NCBI GenBank assembly: GCA_965228855.1
Contig: CBDDIJ010000002.1
Coordinates: 192,001 to 256,000 of the forward strand
Direction: 5' to 3'
Source: Candidatus Obscuribacterales bacterium
GTDB lineage: Bacteria; Cyanobacteriota; Vampirovibrionia; Obscuribacterales; Obscuribacteraceae
DNA: 64,000 bases
Below are positions 20,896 through 31,212 of the stretch, piece by piece (within the stretch, counting starts at the first letter, position 1; every line of letters starts with the position of its first letter). The translations under genes and the position numbers were made by a program. The notes under the pieces were generated by a model. It made no database searches. It was given only the letters and a program-made list of their open reading frames with translations, and was not told where the DNA came from.

Positions 20896-21747
20896 GGCTC
20901 AAGCTAGACCCGGTCAGTCAATGAGGCAGCGACGGAATTCGCTGCTAACTCCAGGGCAGTCGTTCGGATGCATGCAAAACCGGCCAGCCCTCTTCCGAGA
21001 CACTCATGCACTCATGTCTCATTTACGTCATGAGATAGTAGCAATGGGCATAGAATATAAATCCTGCAAAGGCCACGGTGACCATCTTCCAGAGCAGGTT
21101 TATTCAGTTTTATGACGTCGATTAGACTTCCACCAGCCATCCGTCCATTGATTCACCACTTATAAATCACATATCAAATTTATAGATATTGGACAGTGCA
21201 ACACGTTTGCTTACTAACTGAAAAGCAATCGCCATCAACCTTTCCTAGCAAACGAGCTTTTGGTTAAGCAAATTTCCATTGTCACCCACTTGGAAGTGTG
21301 CGGCCGTGTCAGCCTGTGACGCACGAGATCGGCTTGACAAGCCATTTTTGGGAACGATACCAGCCCAAAATATCAATTAAATCTGCTCCGTTACAGCTCG
21401 TGCAGGACATCCGGTAGTCAAAGTCCCGGACATCGGCAACAGTATTCACTCTCCGCTCTTTTGATGAACATTATCGCTAGCACATCATTACAACTATAGG
21501 TACGAAACCGCTTGCCGTAACCAGCAACTGTTGCCCTAATGCCTTGCTTGAAACCGTCGTTAGCCCATATCAATAACGTTCACCTGGAGCGACCGCAACG
21601 ACTCGCGAGGCGACGTCAACGCGACAAAAGACGAGAACTGAAATTTGGCGGGTTGGAAATTGAATGAGGCAAGCGATCTAGTTCTTGCTCTTTAATTGAC
21701 GGTCTCCCTCCGAGTCCTGCCTTTCATGGTGCGGTTGCGCCGCAATC

Positions 21748-21801
21748 TTGTCTATCCTGGAATGACGCATTTCGCCGAATTCGTCTATGCACGATAGACA
21801 A
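21748..21801. repeat. 54-bp dispersed element, copy 8
   Basis: tt-GTCTA-tcctgga-ATGAC-N16-GTCTA-tgcacga-TAGAC-aa. Confidence 0.85.
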
Positions 21802-21845
21802 AAAGGCGTCAACGCATTTTCAAAAAACCACAAACCATCACCACA

Positions 21846-22013
21846 CGCCGATCAGGGACCCTAGGCACTACGATACTGTCTAGTAGCGATGGGCAGACCC
21901 TCGCCAGACGCCGATCAGGGAGCCTAGACACTACGATACTGTCTAGTAGTGATTGGCAGACCCTCGCCAGATGCCGATCAGAGAGACTTAGCATCACGAC
22001 ACTGCAAGTAGCC
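21846..22013 (+). repeat. about 2.6 tandem copies of a 63-bp unit containing TCTAGTAG
   Basis: Units start at 21846, 21909, 21972 (YGCCGATCAG...). Confidence 0.85.
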
Positions 22014-22568
22014 AGTTTAGCGGAGCTTAAGAAAGCTATCGCGCGTACGCTAACTCTAAACTTTTCATCATGTCGTAGAAGAGAGCAGGACTGTTTTAGC
22101 TCTAAAACTAAAACTAGTCCTGGAAACAATGAGTCTGGCAAGTACCTGAGCGTTATTTAGACAAGTTCTTATAGCTTGTCTACGCCTTGTCAAAGCGGCG
22201 ATGTTTTCTATATGGTCAAAGCATACTTGTTTCTTGACAACCAACTCGGGAATTAAAACAACAACCCCCGTTTCCACAAGTAAGACACTTAGTTTTGGCA
22301 GTTCCAGTTCGCATCCGTGCGTTCTGTTGGTCATCGGGATTCAGCATCTGCATCGCTTGCGGCTGATGAGTTCCTAACTGCTCGTTGGTAGTCGCTTCGG
22401 CGGCTCGAATGTGTTCAAGGCGTTTCAAGCAAAAGCAAATTAGCTCCACGAGATGGTTGTCTCCGTGGATGACTTAGCTTGCGCTTGAGGTCGTCGAGGG
22501 CACTCTTTCTAACCGGTTCGCAAAGCATTCCGCCTAGCGAATCTAACTCTAGACAGGAGTTTACGACC

Positions 22569-23804
22569 ATGGCAAATCGCAACATCAACACCTCCGGCAT
22601 TCCGCAGCTCACCCCCGCGCAGCTCCGGAAGATCATCGCCCTCGAGAACGCCTACACCGCCGAGGTGAAGGCCAACCCGATGGTTTGGCTGCCCAACAAG
22701 GACATCGTCACGCTCGACCAGTCCGTCGCGCCCGACTTCGGGTTCTCCGGCTTCGTGCGTCACTCGGACCTCGGCGACATCGACTTCAGCGAGCTGAGCG
22801 TCGACGAGCTCGAGAGCTTCACCAAGCGCAGCCGTCGTTCGGCCAAGGGCGGCAAGGGCAAGGGCAAGGGCGGCAGCGGCGGCGGTCAGCAGGGTGCTCC
22901 CTCGGCCGCTGTCGCGGAGCAGGTGGTCGGTTCGTACTTCAAGGGCATGCAGCCCGCGGCGAACACCGGCAACCTGATTCTGGGCGAGCAGAACGCGCTG
23001 TTCGGCTCGAAGCAGAAGGCCATCACCTACCGCGACGCCTGGCGCCACATCGTCGAGCCGCACCACATCATGTTCTGGTCCGAGGTCTCGGCCGAGTTCC
23101 TCCAGGAAATCGGTCAGGCGTACGGCCACGGCTACTGGTGCAGCAAGGCGAACACCCGCGACCAGGCGGTCGGCATCACGGCTCACCCGCGTCTGAAGAA
23201 GATCGCCGGCCCGTTCTCGTACGACCGCGTCGCGTCGGTTCAGGGCATCCCTGACCTGCGTCCGGCGTTCGTCGTCATCTTCGAGGACCTCTGGTCGGGC
23301 GTCATCATCAAGGCGATGGTGAACCACCTGAAGTCGATGCGCGGCGGTCCGAAGCTGACCTCGCCGGTCCGCTACCAGCAGTGCGTGGAAATCGTGAAGG
23401 CGCACGGCGTCTCCACCAGCGGCGTCAAGCCGGCGCTGAAGAACCAGCAGACCCGCAACATCTGGCGCAACAAGGTGTTCGGCCGCGGGTTCACCGACCA
23501 CGGCACCACGACCGTGACCATGCCGCTGTGCATCCTGCCGGACGCCGAGCGCAAGCTCGATCTGCAGGAGCGCATCAAGCGCGGCATCACCGTGATGGCC
23601 GGCGACTGGAACTGCCTGCTCGGGCAGGTCACCGACGTCGACCCGCTGATCCAGGCCGGCTACCTGCTCATCGATCCGACGGGCAACGTCCCGACGCACT
23701 CGATGGGCAGCCGCCTCGACGGTTTCTTCGCCGAGAAGGGCAACTTCGAAGCGTGTGACGCCGACGTCGCGGACGGTCCGGACGAAGTCGACGGCGACCA
23801 GTAA
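22569..23804 (+). CDS. endonuclease/exonuclease/phosphatase (EEP) family protein
   Basis: WSEV, VNHLKS, AGDWN, SRLDGFF motifs; CAGGAG RBS. Confidence 0.7.
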   Translation: MANRNINTSGIPQLTPAQLRKIIALENAYTAEVKANPMVWLPNKDIVTLDQSVAPDFGFSGFVRHSDLGDIDFSELSVDELESFTKRSRRSAKGGKGKGKGGSGGGQQGAPSAAVAEQVVGSYFKGMQPAANTGNLILGEQNALFGSKQKAITYRDAWRHIVEPHHIMFWSEVSAEFLQEIGQAYGHGYWCSKANTRDQAVGITAHPRLKKIAGPFSYDRVASVQGIPDLRPAFVVIFEDLWSGVIIKAMVNHLKSMRGGPKLTSPVRYQQCVEIVKAHGVSTSGVKPALKNQQTRNIWRNKVFGRGFTDHGTTTVTMPLCILPDAERKLDLQERIKRGITVMAGDWNCLLGQVTDVDPLIQAGYLLIDPTGNVPTHSMGSRLDGFFAEKGNFEACDADVADGPDEVDGDQ

Positions 23805-23996
23805 GTCGCTGTTCCGGCAAGGGGAGTCGGTTTAACGACCGGCTCTCCTTGTCGTTCGTATCAGAGTAAACGCGTTCACCGGGTGGTGGACGCGTTCTTC
23901 GCCAGCACCCTGCTGGCTGGGGCGAGCTTCGGCTCACTCCATGTTTTCTCGAGAACCGCTCCAGTAAACAATCTGGAATCAATTCAAAGGAGAATT

Positions 23997-24533
23997 ATGG
24001 CTACTGCAATTTGTTTCCGTCCTGACACCAATGGCTGGGAATTCGACGGTCAGTGCTTCTTCAACGCGACCAAGACGTTCAACCGCAACAACCGCCTCTA
24101 CGCCCAGAGCAAGGAGAGCGGCTTCGCGCTGAACATCTGGCGTGCCGAGGAGCGCAAGGGACGCAAGTTCCTGAGCGACCGCGGTCTGGGTGAACTCATC
24201 GGGTTCTGCCTCGGCCATGGAATCAGCTGGGTTTCGTTCAAGGGATGCACTGTCTCGGTCAACTACCTGACCAAGGCGCTCGCATTCAAGGCGAAGCACG
24301 GCTGGTTCGTCGACTTCCTCGTCAAGGTCGAGGACCACGAGTTCGACCCCAACGTTCCCACGCCCGGCGGCAGCTGGGGTGAGGGCAAGCGTCTCCTCGC
24401 GGAAGCGGCGGAGAAGTCCAAGTACGCGACTCTGTGCCGGGCGGCTTGCCGTCTGGACGAAGCCGCGGACGTCGACGCCGAAATCGAATCGATGAAGGCG
24501 CGTGCCAAGGAGCTGATGTACTCGAAGCGCTGA
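23997..24533 (+). CDS. hypothetical protein
   Basis: ATG after AAAGGAG; high-GC3 codons. Confidence 0.75.
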   Translation: MATAICFRPDTNGWEFDGQCFFNATKTFNRNNRLYAQSKESGFALNIWRAEERKGRKFLSDRGLGELIGFCLGHGISWVSFKGCTVSVNYLTKALAFKAKHGWFVDFLVKVEDHEFDPNVPTPGGSWGEGKRLLAEAAEKSKYATLCRAACRLDEAADVDAEIESMKARAKELMYSKR

Positions 24534-24620
24534 GCTTCGCGTCATCGGCTGTCCTGTGTTTCTAAACGCCGGGGAGCTCTGCTTCCCGGCAATTCTCTAA
24601 CGTCAAAAGTGAGGAACATT

Positions 24621-26528
24621 ATGAATCGCAAGAAGAACCCCAACATCAAGCTCAACGTCCCGGGCATGCAGCACATCAGCTGCGGCGCTGGTCACGAGGC
24701 GCACATCGACGTCGTCGGTGCCGGCTCGGAGAACTACCAGTGCCCCGACGTCGACACGCTGGTCAAGCGCAGCCTCGAGAAGAGCAAGCTCGCCCAGCCC
24801 AAGACCACCATCGGCAAGGTCTCGAAGCGCCGCACCAGCCGCAAGGCTGCCGGCACCGAGAAGGCCGCCAAGGATGCCGGCGTGCAGTCGTTGCTGCCGC
24901 AGGCGGTGACTCCGGTCGCCATCATCCCGCGCCTGCCGGACGAGCCCGCCGACCGGCTCTACAAGACCCTGCTGCTCGGCGCGACCGGTCTGCAGGACAA
25001 CATGGTCAGCCGCCAGCTCGACGGCATCGTCTACGACGTCTTCGGCGCGGACATCGGCACCCTGAACTGGGCGTCGAACAACATGCCGGAGCAGTACCGC
25101 AAGGGCGCGACGAGCCTGCAGAAGCAGTACGACACCATCGTGCCGCGCTTCAAGCAGGCTCTGCTGCAGCTTCTGCGTGAGCTGGCCAAGCGCAACCCCA
25201 ACGTGCCGCAGTCGCAGTTGCTGAAGCACGCCGTCGACTCGCTCCTCGAGCAGCTCGGCGGTTTCCGCTTCATCAGCAAGGTCTACACCGACTCGTTCGG
25301 TCAGTACCGTGACGGCGTCTACGCGTCGGAACTGATGGCCATCAACTTCTTCTACAACCAGGCGGCGGCGCTTTTCAAGCGCGTCGACCCCGATGCGCCG
25401 GAGAAGAAGCCCGAGGGTCTCGAGTCCATCGTCTACCAGGTCGGCGACAAGTACCTCGCGCGGTTCACCAGCATGTCGCTGGCGACCATCCCGGGTTCGA
25501 AGGGCCCCATCGGCATCCACGCGCTGCAGATGCCCTTCGATTTCCAGGACATCCTCGCGATCATGCTGCCGCTCCTGGCGCACGAGTTCCGGCACAACCT
25601 CTTCGCCGACGTGAAGGGCTTGGACGACGAAATGCGGGCGGATCTCGCGAACTGCCTGAAGGCCGATCACAAGGCCGGCGTCTTCAAGTTCAAGTCGGAA
25701 GAGATGATGCTCGGCAAGCAGAAGGTGTCGACCATCGACCTCATGGTCAAGCTGATGGTGGACTCCATCGGTGAGATCGACGCCGACATCGCGGGTGGCG
25801 TGCTCTTCACGGGCACGGCGTACCTCTACAACATGATGCTGTCGTTCCCCGCCATGCTGGTCCGCGGCACCCCGCTGGCCAAGGCGAAGAAGCTGCTGCG
25901 CACCGAGTCGTACTTCAAGCTCGTCAAGCAGCAGGATGGCAGCCATGCGCTCCAGTTCGAGCCGCATCCGCCGGATTACATCCGTGCGCACATCGTGGCC
26001 GCCGGTCTCGATGAAATCGGCTTCAAGGCCGAAGCGGACGAATGCCGCCGCCTCGCTGACCTCGCGGTCGGCACTCCGTTGCCCACGCACATCACGTGGA
26101 ACGACGGTGGCGGTGACGAGCACGAGGACGAGGGTGAGGGCACGTCCGAGAAGTCGGACATCGTCATCGCCTTCACCGTCGAGGACATCAAGGCTGTCGC
26201 TCCCACGGTGGCTCGCGCCATCATCCGGAGCAAGCTGAAGAGCCTCGGCGGTCGCAGCACCTACGAGATGATCGACTGGAACGCGGCTCGCGAGGCCAAG
26301 GTCCAGAAGCTCACGGACATCCTGGTCGCCGGCAAGTCCGACGTGCCGGACGACATGGGCTCGGTGTACGCGACCTACGTGGGCGCGGCGGCGACGCTGG
26401 CCTACTGGCAGTTGCTGCACAAGGAGACGGATCCGAACGCGGATGCGTCTGCAATCGCGCGCGCGGTCAACGCCAACGCGATGAAGATGATCCACGAGCT
26501 CGAGGCGAAGGCTAGCAAGACCGCCTAA
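24621..26528 (+). CDS. hypothetical protein, putative zincin metalloprotease
   Basis: AHEFRH (HExxH), downstream EIDAD, and PHPP..IR; GAGGA RBS. Confidence 0.7.
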   Translation: MNRKKNPNIKLNVPGMQHISCGAGHEAHIDVVGAGSENYQCPDVDTLVKRSLEKSKLAQPKTTIGKVSKRRTSRKAAGTEKAAKDAGVQSLLPQAVTPVAIIPRLPDEPADRLYKTLLLGATGLQDNMVSRQLDGIVYDVFGADIGTLNWASNNMPEQYRKGATSLQKQYDTIVPRFKQALLQLLRELAKRNPNVPQSQLLKHAVDSLLEQLGGFRFISKVYTDSFGQYRDGVYASELMAINFFYNQAAALFKRVDPDAPEKKPEGLESIVYQVGDKYLARFTSMSLATIPGSKGPIGIHALQMPFDFQDILAIMLPLLAHEFRHNLFADVKGLDDEMRADLANCLKADHKAGVFKFKSEEMMLGKQKVSTIDLMVKLMVDSIGEIDADIAGGVLFTGTAYLYNMMLSFPAMLVRGTPLAKAKKLLRTESYFKLVKQQDGSHALQFEPHPPDYIRAHIVAAGLDEIGFKAEADECRRLADLAVGTPLPTHITWNDGGGDEHEDEGEGTSEKSDIVIAFTVEDIKAVAPTVARAIIRSKLKSLGGRSTYEMIDWNAAREAKVQKLTDILVAGKSDVPDDMGSVYATYVGAAATLAYWQLLHKETDPNADASAIARAVNANAMKMIHELEAKASKTA

Positions 26529-26743
26529 CCAAGCGGCTCGAAGTGGCGCGAGTCACTTCGAGCTGTGAGGAGTACTGAGGCGAAGCGGTTGAGTTAGCTC
26601 AACCGGAGCCGGGCGACAGGTCTACCAAGACCTGCCGCCTTGGCTTTTTTAAAACTTGCTACTAGCACATACAGTATCTTCTCCTTCCATAGAACCAGTC
26701 CCCGGGCGGCATTCCGTCGGTCGAGACGGACAGCTGGTGATCA

Positions 26744-26797
26744 GCGTCTACGAGGCGTTGACGCATTTTCAAAAAGTCGTCTATCAGTGATAGACAG
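26744..26797. repeat. 54-bp dispersed element, copy 9
   Basis: GTCTA-cgaggcg-TTGAC-N16-GTCTA-tcagtga-TAGAC. Confidence 0.8.
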
Positions 26798-26874
26798 TTT
26801 GAGTTTGAGAATCTGCACGCTAGCCGCAATTAATTAAAGGTTTGTTCCAGTGTCCCAAGCAGAGTATTGGCATT

Positions 26875-27030
26875 GCGTTGCAAATCAGATTGCAGGTTTC
26901 AAGCCAACAGCTGCAAACCAATTTGCAGTCACTCAAATTTTGACGCGAAACCCGCCGTTCCTGGTCTCCTGACCGGGGCGTTGCAAATCAGATTGCTAAA
27001 TCCACACCAAAAGCTGCAAACCAATTTGCG
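26875..27030. repeat. two copies of a paired 16-bp palindrome TGCAAAY-N2-RWTTGCA
   Basis: Palindromes at 26879, 26912, 26982, 27015; 33-bp spacing within each pair. Confidence 0.75.
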
Positions 27031-27061
27031 AGCAAGATTGAGAGAGCGCGACGGACGATGC

Positions 27062-27115
27062 TTGTCTACGAGAGAATGACGGAATTCGCCAAATCCGTCG
27101 CTCTCTCGTAGACAC
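27062..27115. repeat. 54-bp dispersed element, copy 10
   Basis: tt-GTCTA-cgagaga-ATGAC-N16-GTCGC-tctctcg-TAGAC. Confidence 0.85.
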
Positions 27116-27125
27116 CGCATACGAG

Positions 27126-27285
27126 CGGCAAGCACAAGCGACCCAAAATCCGCTCAAGGCAAAGCATTACGGACACCATATATACGCTCTCATATAGTAG
27201 TAATTCTTGTCGGCAAGTACAAGCGGCCCAAAATCCTTTCAAGGCAAGGCATTACGGACAACACTTATACGCTCTCATATAGTAG
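27126..27285 (+). repeat. two ~75-bp direct repeats (period ~85 bp), each ending CTCTCATATAGTAG
   Basis: 27126-27200 and 27210-27285. Confidence 0.85.
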
Positions 27286-27364
27286 CCAGAGTTGGAAAAG
27301 TGACAGGCACAGGCACGCGATGAGATTTCACCGCGCGCCTGCATCTGTCTAGTGTTCAGTCAGT

Positions 27365-28171
27365 TCACGCGGGAACGACCTGCGCCTCGACCTGCGAGAC
27401 GAGGAATTCCTGCGCGCGCTTGCGAGCCTGCTGGAAGGCGCCGCCGGCGATCGAGAGGGCGAGGTTGCGAACCTGAGCGGGTTCGTCGACGCCCATGCGC
27501 TTCACGACCTCGCCGCCGAAGTCGGAGTAGGCGCTGCCGAGGGAGCGCTCGAAGGCCGCCCATTCGTTCTTCAGGCGCTCGGGCATGTTCGGGTCCTGGA
27601 CGCCGGCGGTGCGCGCCAGGAAGTCGTCGAAGCTGAGTTCGGCGCTGTAGCCCTTCACCGCTTCCTGGAACCAGTGGAGGCCACCGGTGATGTTCTGCAG
27701 GAAGGCACCATGCGCGGTGGCGAGGGCGAAGATGACGTTCTGCCCGCCGACCACGACGATGGCGTCCGGCGAGGAGGAATCGAACTGAGCCTCGAACTGC
27801 GAGACCAGGAATTCCTGCGCCCGGCTGCGAGCCTGACGGAAGGCGCCGCCGGCGATCGAGAGCGCGAGGTTGCGCACCTGAGCCGGTTCGTCGACGCCCA
27901 TGCGCTTCACGACCTCGCCACCGAATTCGGTGTAGGCGTTGCGCAGGGTCTTGGCGAAGGCCGACCATTCGTTCTTCAGGCGCTCGGGCATGTTGGAGTC
28001 GTCGACGATGAGCGCGTTGCGCGAGTTGAACTCGTCGTCGAAGCTCATCTCGGCGCTGTAGCCCTTGACCGCTTCCTGGAACCAGTGAAACATGCCGGTG
28101 ACGTTCTGCAGGAAGGCACCGTGGGCGGTGGCGATGGCGACGGTGTTCTGCTGAGCGATTTCGAGGTTCAT
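27365..28171 (-). CDS. hypothetical protein made of two near-identical ~125-aa domains
   Basis: ATAHGAFLQN...WFQEAVKGYSAE...MPERLKNEW...AQEFLVSQ occurs twice. Confidence 0.85.
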   Translation of the reverse strand: MNLEIAQQNTVAIATAHGAFLQNVTGMFHWFQEAVKGYSAEMSFDDEFNSRNALIVDDSNMPERLKNEWSAFAKTLRNAYTEFGGEVVKRMGVDEPAQVRNLALSIAGGAFRQARSRAQEFLVSQFEAQFDSSSPDAIVVVGGQNVIFALATAHGAFLQNITGGLHWFQEAVKGYSAELSFDDFLARTAGVQDPNMPERLKNEWAAFERSLGSAYSDFGGEVVKRMGVDEPAQVRNLALSIAGGAFQQARKRAQEFLVSQVEAQVVPA

Positions 28172-28374
28172 AGAAGTACCTTTCAAAGAGTTTCGTGGAG
28201 GATGCGCCGTCATTGACGAGCGCGTTGAAAGTCCCTGTCGGACAGGGCGGATTCGTCGGTTCAAGCCGACGAACATTGTCCGCCCTGTCCCTGAGCGCTG
28301 AGGGATGATCCTCGAGAGCCTGTTGCCAGGCTGTGTTGTGCATCGAGCGCAGGCTGTTTCCAACCTGAGACCGA

Positions 28375-30429
28375 TTACTCCTCGTTTTCGGCCAGGTGCT
28401 TGGCGTAGTCCGCGGAGGTCCAGAGCTTGTAGCCGCCGAGACCGTCGAGCTCGAGCACCGTGTCGTGATGGTGCACGAGAGTCGGCCGGTGACCCACGCT
28501 CATGAAGCTCGTGCCGTTCTTGCGCAGGAGCTTGTACACCATCGCCTCGTTCTTGACGTCGAGGGCGCTGGTGGCTTCGTCCAGAATCGCGACCTTGGGC
28601 TTGAAGACGACCAGACGCGCAAGCGCCAGCCGCTGCTGCTCACCGGGCGAGAAGATGTCCTGCCAGTTGAGTTCGGCATCGAACACTTCCGCGTCGCTGA
28701 TGGTCTGCCCGTCGACGCCGCGCATCTTGGAGAGCGCTTCGCGAACGTTCGAGACCACGTTCGGCAGATTCACCAACTGAAGAATCGACTTCAGCTCCTC
28801 GACCGAGACCTGGGTCTCGACGTTCGGATAGGTGATCTGCTCACGCAGCGAGCCCAGCGTCATGTAGGGCTTCTGCGAGAGGAACAGCATGTTGTTGATC
28901 CCCTTGCGCTGCTCCGGACGCGTCACGGTACCGCGACCATTGGTCCACAGACCGGCGTTGACACGCAGGAGGGACGACTTGCCGCAGCCGGACGGACCGA
29001 CGATGAGCAGCGAACCGCCCTCCGGAACCTCGAAGCTGAGGTCGGTGGCGAAGGTGCGAGCACCATCGGGAGTGCGGAGCGTAACCTTGTCGAACTTGAC
29101 GTTGTCACCGAACTGGGTGACGATGCGCTCCTCGGATTCATCGACGACCGGCTTTTCGAGCGCCTCGACGAAGGTGCCGATACGGTTGACGTTGGCCGCG
29201 AACTTGGCGATCGAGGTGAACTCAGAGATGATCACTTCGAGCGAGCTCAGCACCATGCGGAAGGCGAAGGTCGCCTTCGTGATGGCGCCGACGTCGATCT
29301 CGCCGCGGAAGTAGAGCGGAGCGAGGAAGAGCGACGGGACGATGATCACCACGTAGTCGAAGCCGGTGGTGAAGAAGCCCAGGTTACGCGACGAACCGAT
29401 CAGGCGGCGGTAGTTGGTATACAGCGAAGCGAAGCGCCCCTTCGACTGCTCGAGCTCCTTGGTCTCACCGCCGTAGAAAGCGATGGACTCGGTGTTCTCG
29501 CGCGTGCGGGTGAGGCTGAAGCGGAAGTTCGCTTCGTAGCGCAGCTGGAGACCGTTGAGGGACGCCAGCTTGCGACCGAGCCACCAGGTGATGCCCGTGC
29601 CGACGAGCGAGTAGCCGATGACGACCCAGGTGAGGTCCTTGCTCATGCCCCAGAGTTCGCCCGAGAACGCGACCAGCGTGATGAGCGCGCCGAGGATGGT
29701 GAGCAGGAGCGCCAGAGCGGCGTCGCAGAAGTTGCGGACGTCTTCGTGAACGCGTTCGTCCGGGTTGTCGATGTCGGCGCGGCCGTTGATGTAGTAGTAC
29801 GCGCGAGTCGACGCGGAGAAGTACTTCTCGGCGAGGTGGAAGGTCAGCCAGCGACGCCAGTGAGCGCCGAGGACTGCGCGCACCCAGCGGTTCGTGCCGA
29901 CGATCGGAATCGCGACGATGAACACGAGGGCGTAGGCATAGAGCCACTTCCAGTATTCGACTTCGTTCTTGCTGTTGAGCGCGGTCGTGAACATCTGCGA
30001 GACGTTACCGATGACCACGTTCATCACGTTGACGACGACGATGAAGCCGAGAACGATGATGAGCAGCGACCAGCCGGTGAAGCGAGCCGAGCTCTTGTTC
30101 ATGGTCTCGGCAGGCGGCGAGTCGAGCCCCCATTTCTTGCCGAAGTACCACGCGCCGAAGGCGGAGACGAGGATGGCGACGACGCCGTGCACCCAGTAGG
30201 TATTGACGGCGGCGAGCATGGCGGGAGCATCGATCGAACCCATCCAGCCGAGAACAGTCGCCTTACCGAAAGCGACCGCGACGTTGAGCCCGAACACGGT
30301 CGCGATGCAGATCGCGAGCGCAGCCAGACCCCAGAACCAGTTCCACTTGAAGTTGCCGAGCCAGTACGGCTGGCCGACGAGGCGAAGACGGCGGAGGAAG
30401 GTACCCCCACCAAGACCGTTTTCTACCAT
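28375..30429 (-). CDS. fused ABC transporter permease/ATPase, ABC-D/SbmA-BacA/YddA type
   Basis: DNPDER, EANFRFSL (EAA-like), Walker A GPSGCGKSS, SPGEQQR, LDEATSALD, SVGHR. Confidence 0.93.
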   Translation of the reverse strand: MVENGLGGGTFLRRLRLVGQPYWLGNFKWNWFWGLAALAICIATVFGLNVAVAFGKATVLGWMGSIDAPAMLAAVNTYWVHGVVAILVSAFGAWYFGKKWGLDSPPAETMNKSSARFTGWSLLIIVLGFIVVVNVMNVVIGNVSQMFTTALNSKNEVEYWKWLYAYALVFIVAIPIVGTNRWVRAVLGAHWRRWLTFHLAEKYFSASTRAYYYINGRADIDNPDERVHEDVRNFCDAALALLLTILGALITLVAFSGELWGMSKDLTWVVIGYSLVGTGITWWLGRKLASLNGLQLRYEANFRFSLTRTRENTESIAFYGGETKELEQSKGRFASLYTNYRRLIGSSRNLGFFTTGFDYVVIIVPSLFLAPLYFRGEIDVGAITKATFAFRMVLSSLEVIISEFTSIAKFAANVNRIGTFVEALEKPVVDESEERIVTQFGDNVKFDKVTLRTPDGARTFATDLSFEVPEGGSLLIVGPSGCGKSSLLRVNAGLWTNGRGTVTRPEQRKGINNMLFLSQKPYMTLGSLREQITYPNVETQVSVEELKSILQLVNLPNVVSNVREALSKMRGVDGQTISDAEVFDAELNWQDIFSPGEQQRLALARLVVFKPKVAILDEATSALDVKNEAMVYKLLRKNGTSFMSVGHRPTLVHHHDTVLELDGLGGYKLWTSADYAKHLAENEE

Positions 30430-30960
30430 GATGAACCCCTTTCACGGGTTGAGAGAAAGTTTGAACGTGCCGAAGGCACATCCGTGCAAGCTCAATCAGC
30501 ATGTGAAGCTGAACAAAAGGCGCCGAGTTGTTGTAGAAGTGTTTTTTTCTCGGTAAATCGACTTCTCGCTGAAGCAGGTGAGCTGTTGACAACTCACCTT
30601 ATCTCCGCGCCTGTAGGGGATCAAAGCTAATAAGGTATGTAAACTCAGTTAAGCATTATTACGAACATCTTCAAGAGCCAACAGAATGGAGCTTTTGATA
30701 TCGAAACCTCTTTTGGGCCGAAACCGTTTCCGCCAATTCGATAACATTAAACGCGTCAAGAGACGCAAAAAACTCCGTCGCGAGGCTAGCGATAAGCGGT
30801 TCGGTCCAGCGCGTTTTTGTGACGTTTTAGGGTTCGCGCGAGCTTGGTGTTTAATCAAGCTAGTGATATCAGGTGATGTCTCACACCACATCTAGTGGCG
30901 CGCTGCCAGAGTCTTTACAGATGTGTGCGGATCGTCGTGACACGGCGGTCTAGAGTCGGT

Positions 30961-31014
30961 TCGTCAATGAGACAGCGACGGAATCCGCTAAATCCGTCGC
31001 TCTGGGATTGACAG
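30961..31014. repeat. 54-bp dispersed element, copy 11
   Basis: GTCAA-tgagaca-GCGAC-N16-GTCGC-tctggga-TTGAC. Confidence 0.8.
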
Positions 31015-31212
31015 GCGGGAGCTAGAGTCGGTTCGAATGAGACAGCGACGGACTGTTTTACTATCTTTTATGGTAGTCGTTCAAAAAGGGGCAAATTCGC
31101 AGAATGTGAGGTCTGCGAATCTGCTGTTTGTCAGTGTCGACGAGCTGTTCCAGACAGCGAGCGCCACCAATCCGGCGATACCAGATTTGGTGACACTCGC
31201 TGTTGAAACCGC

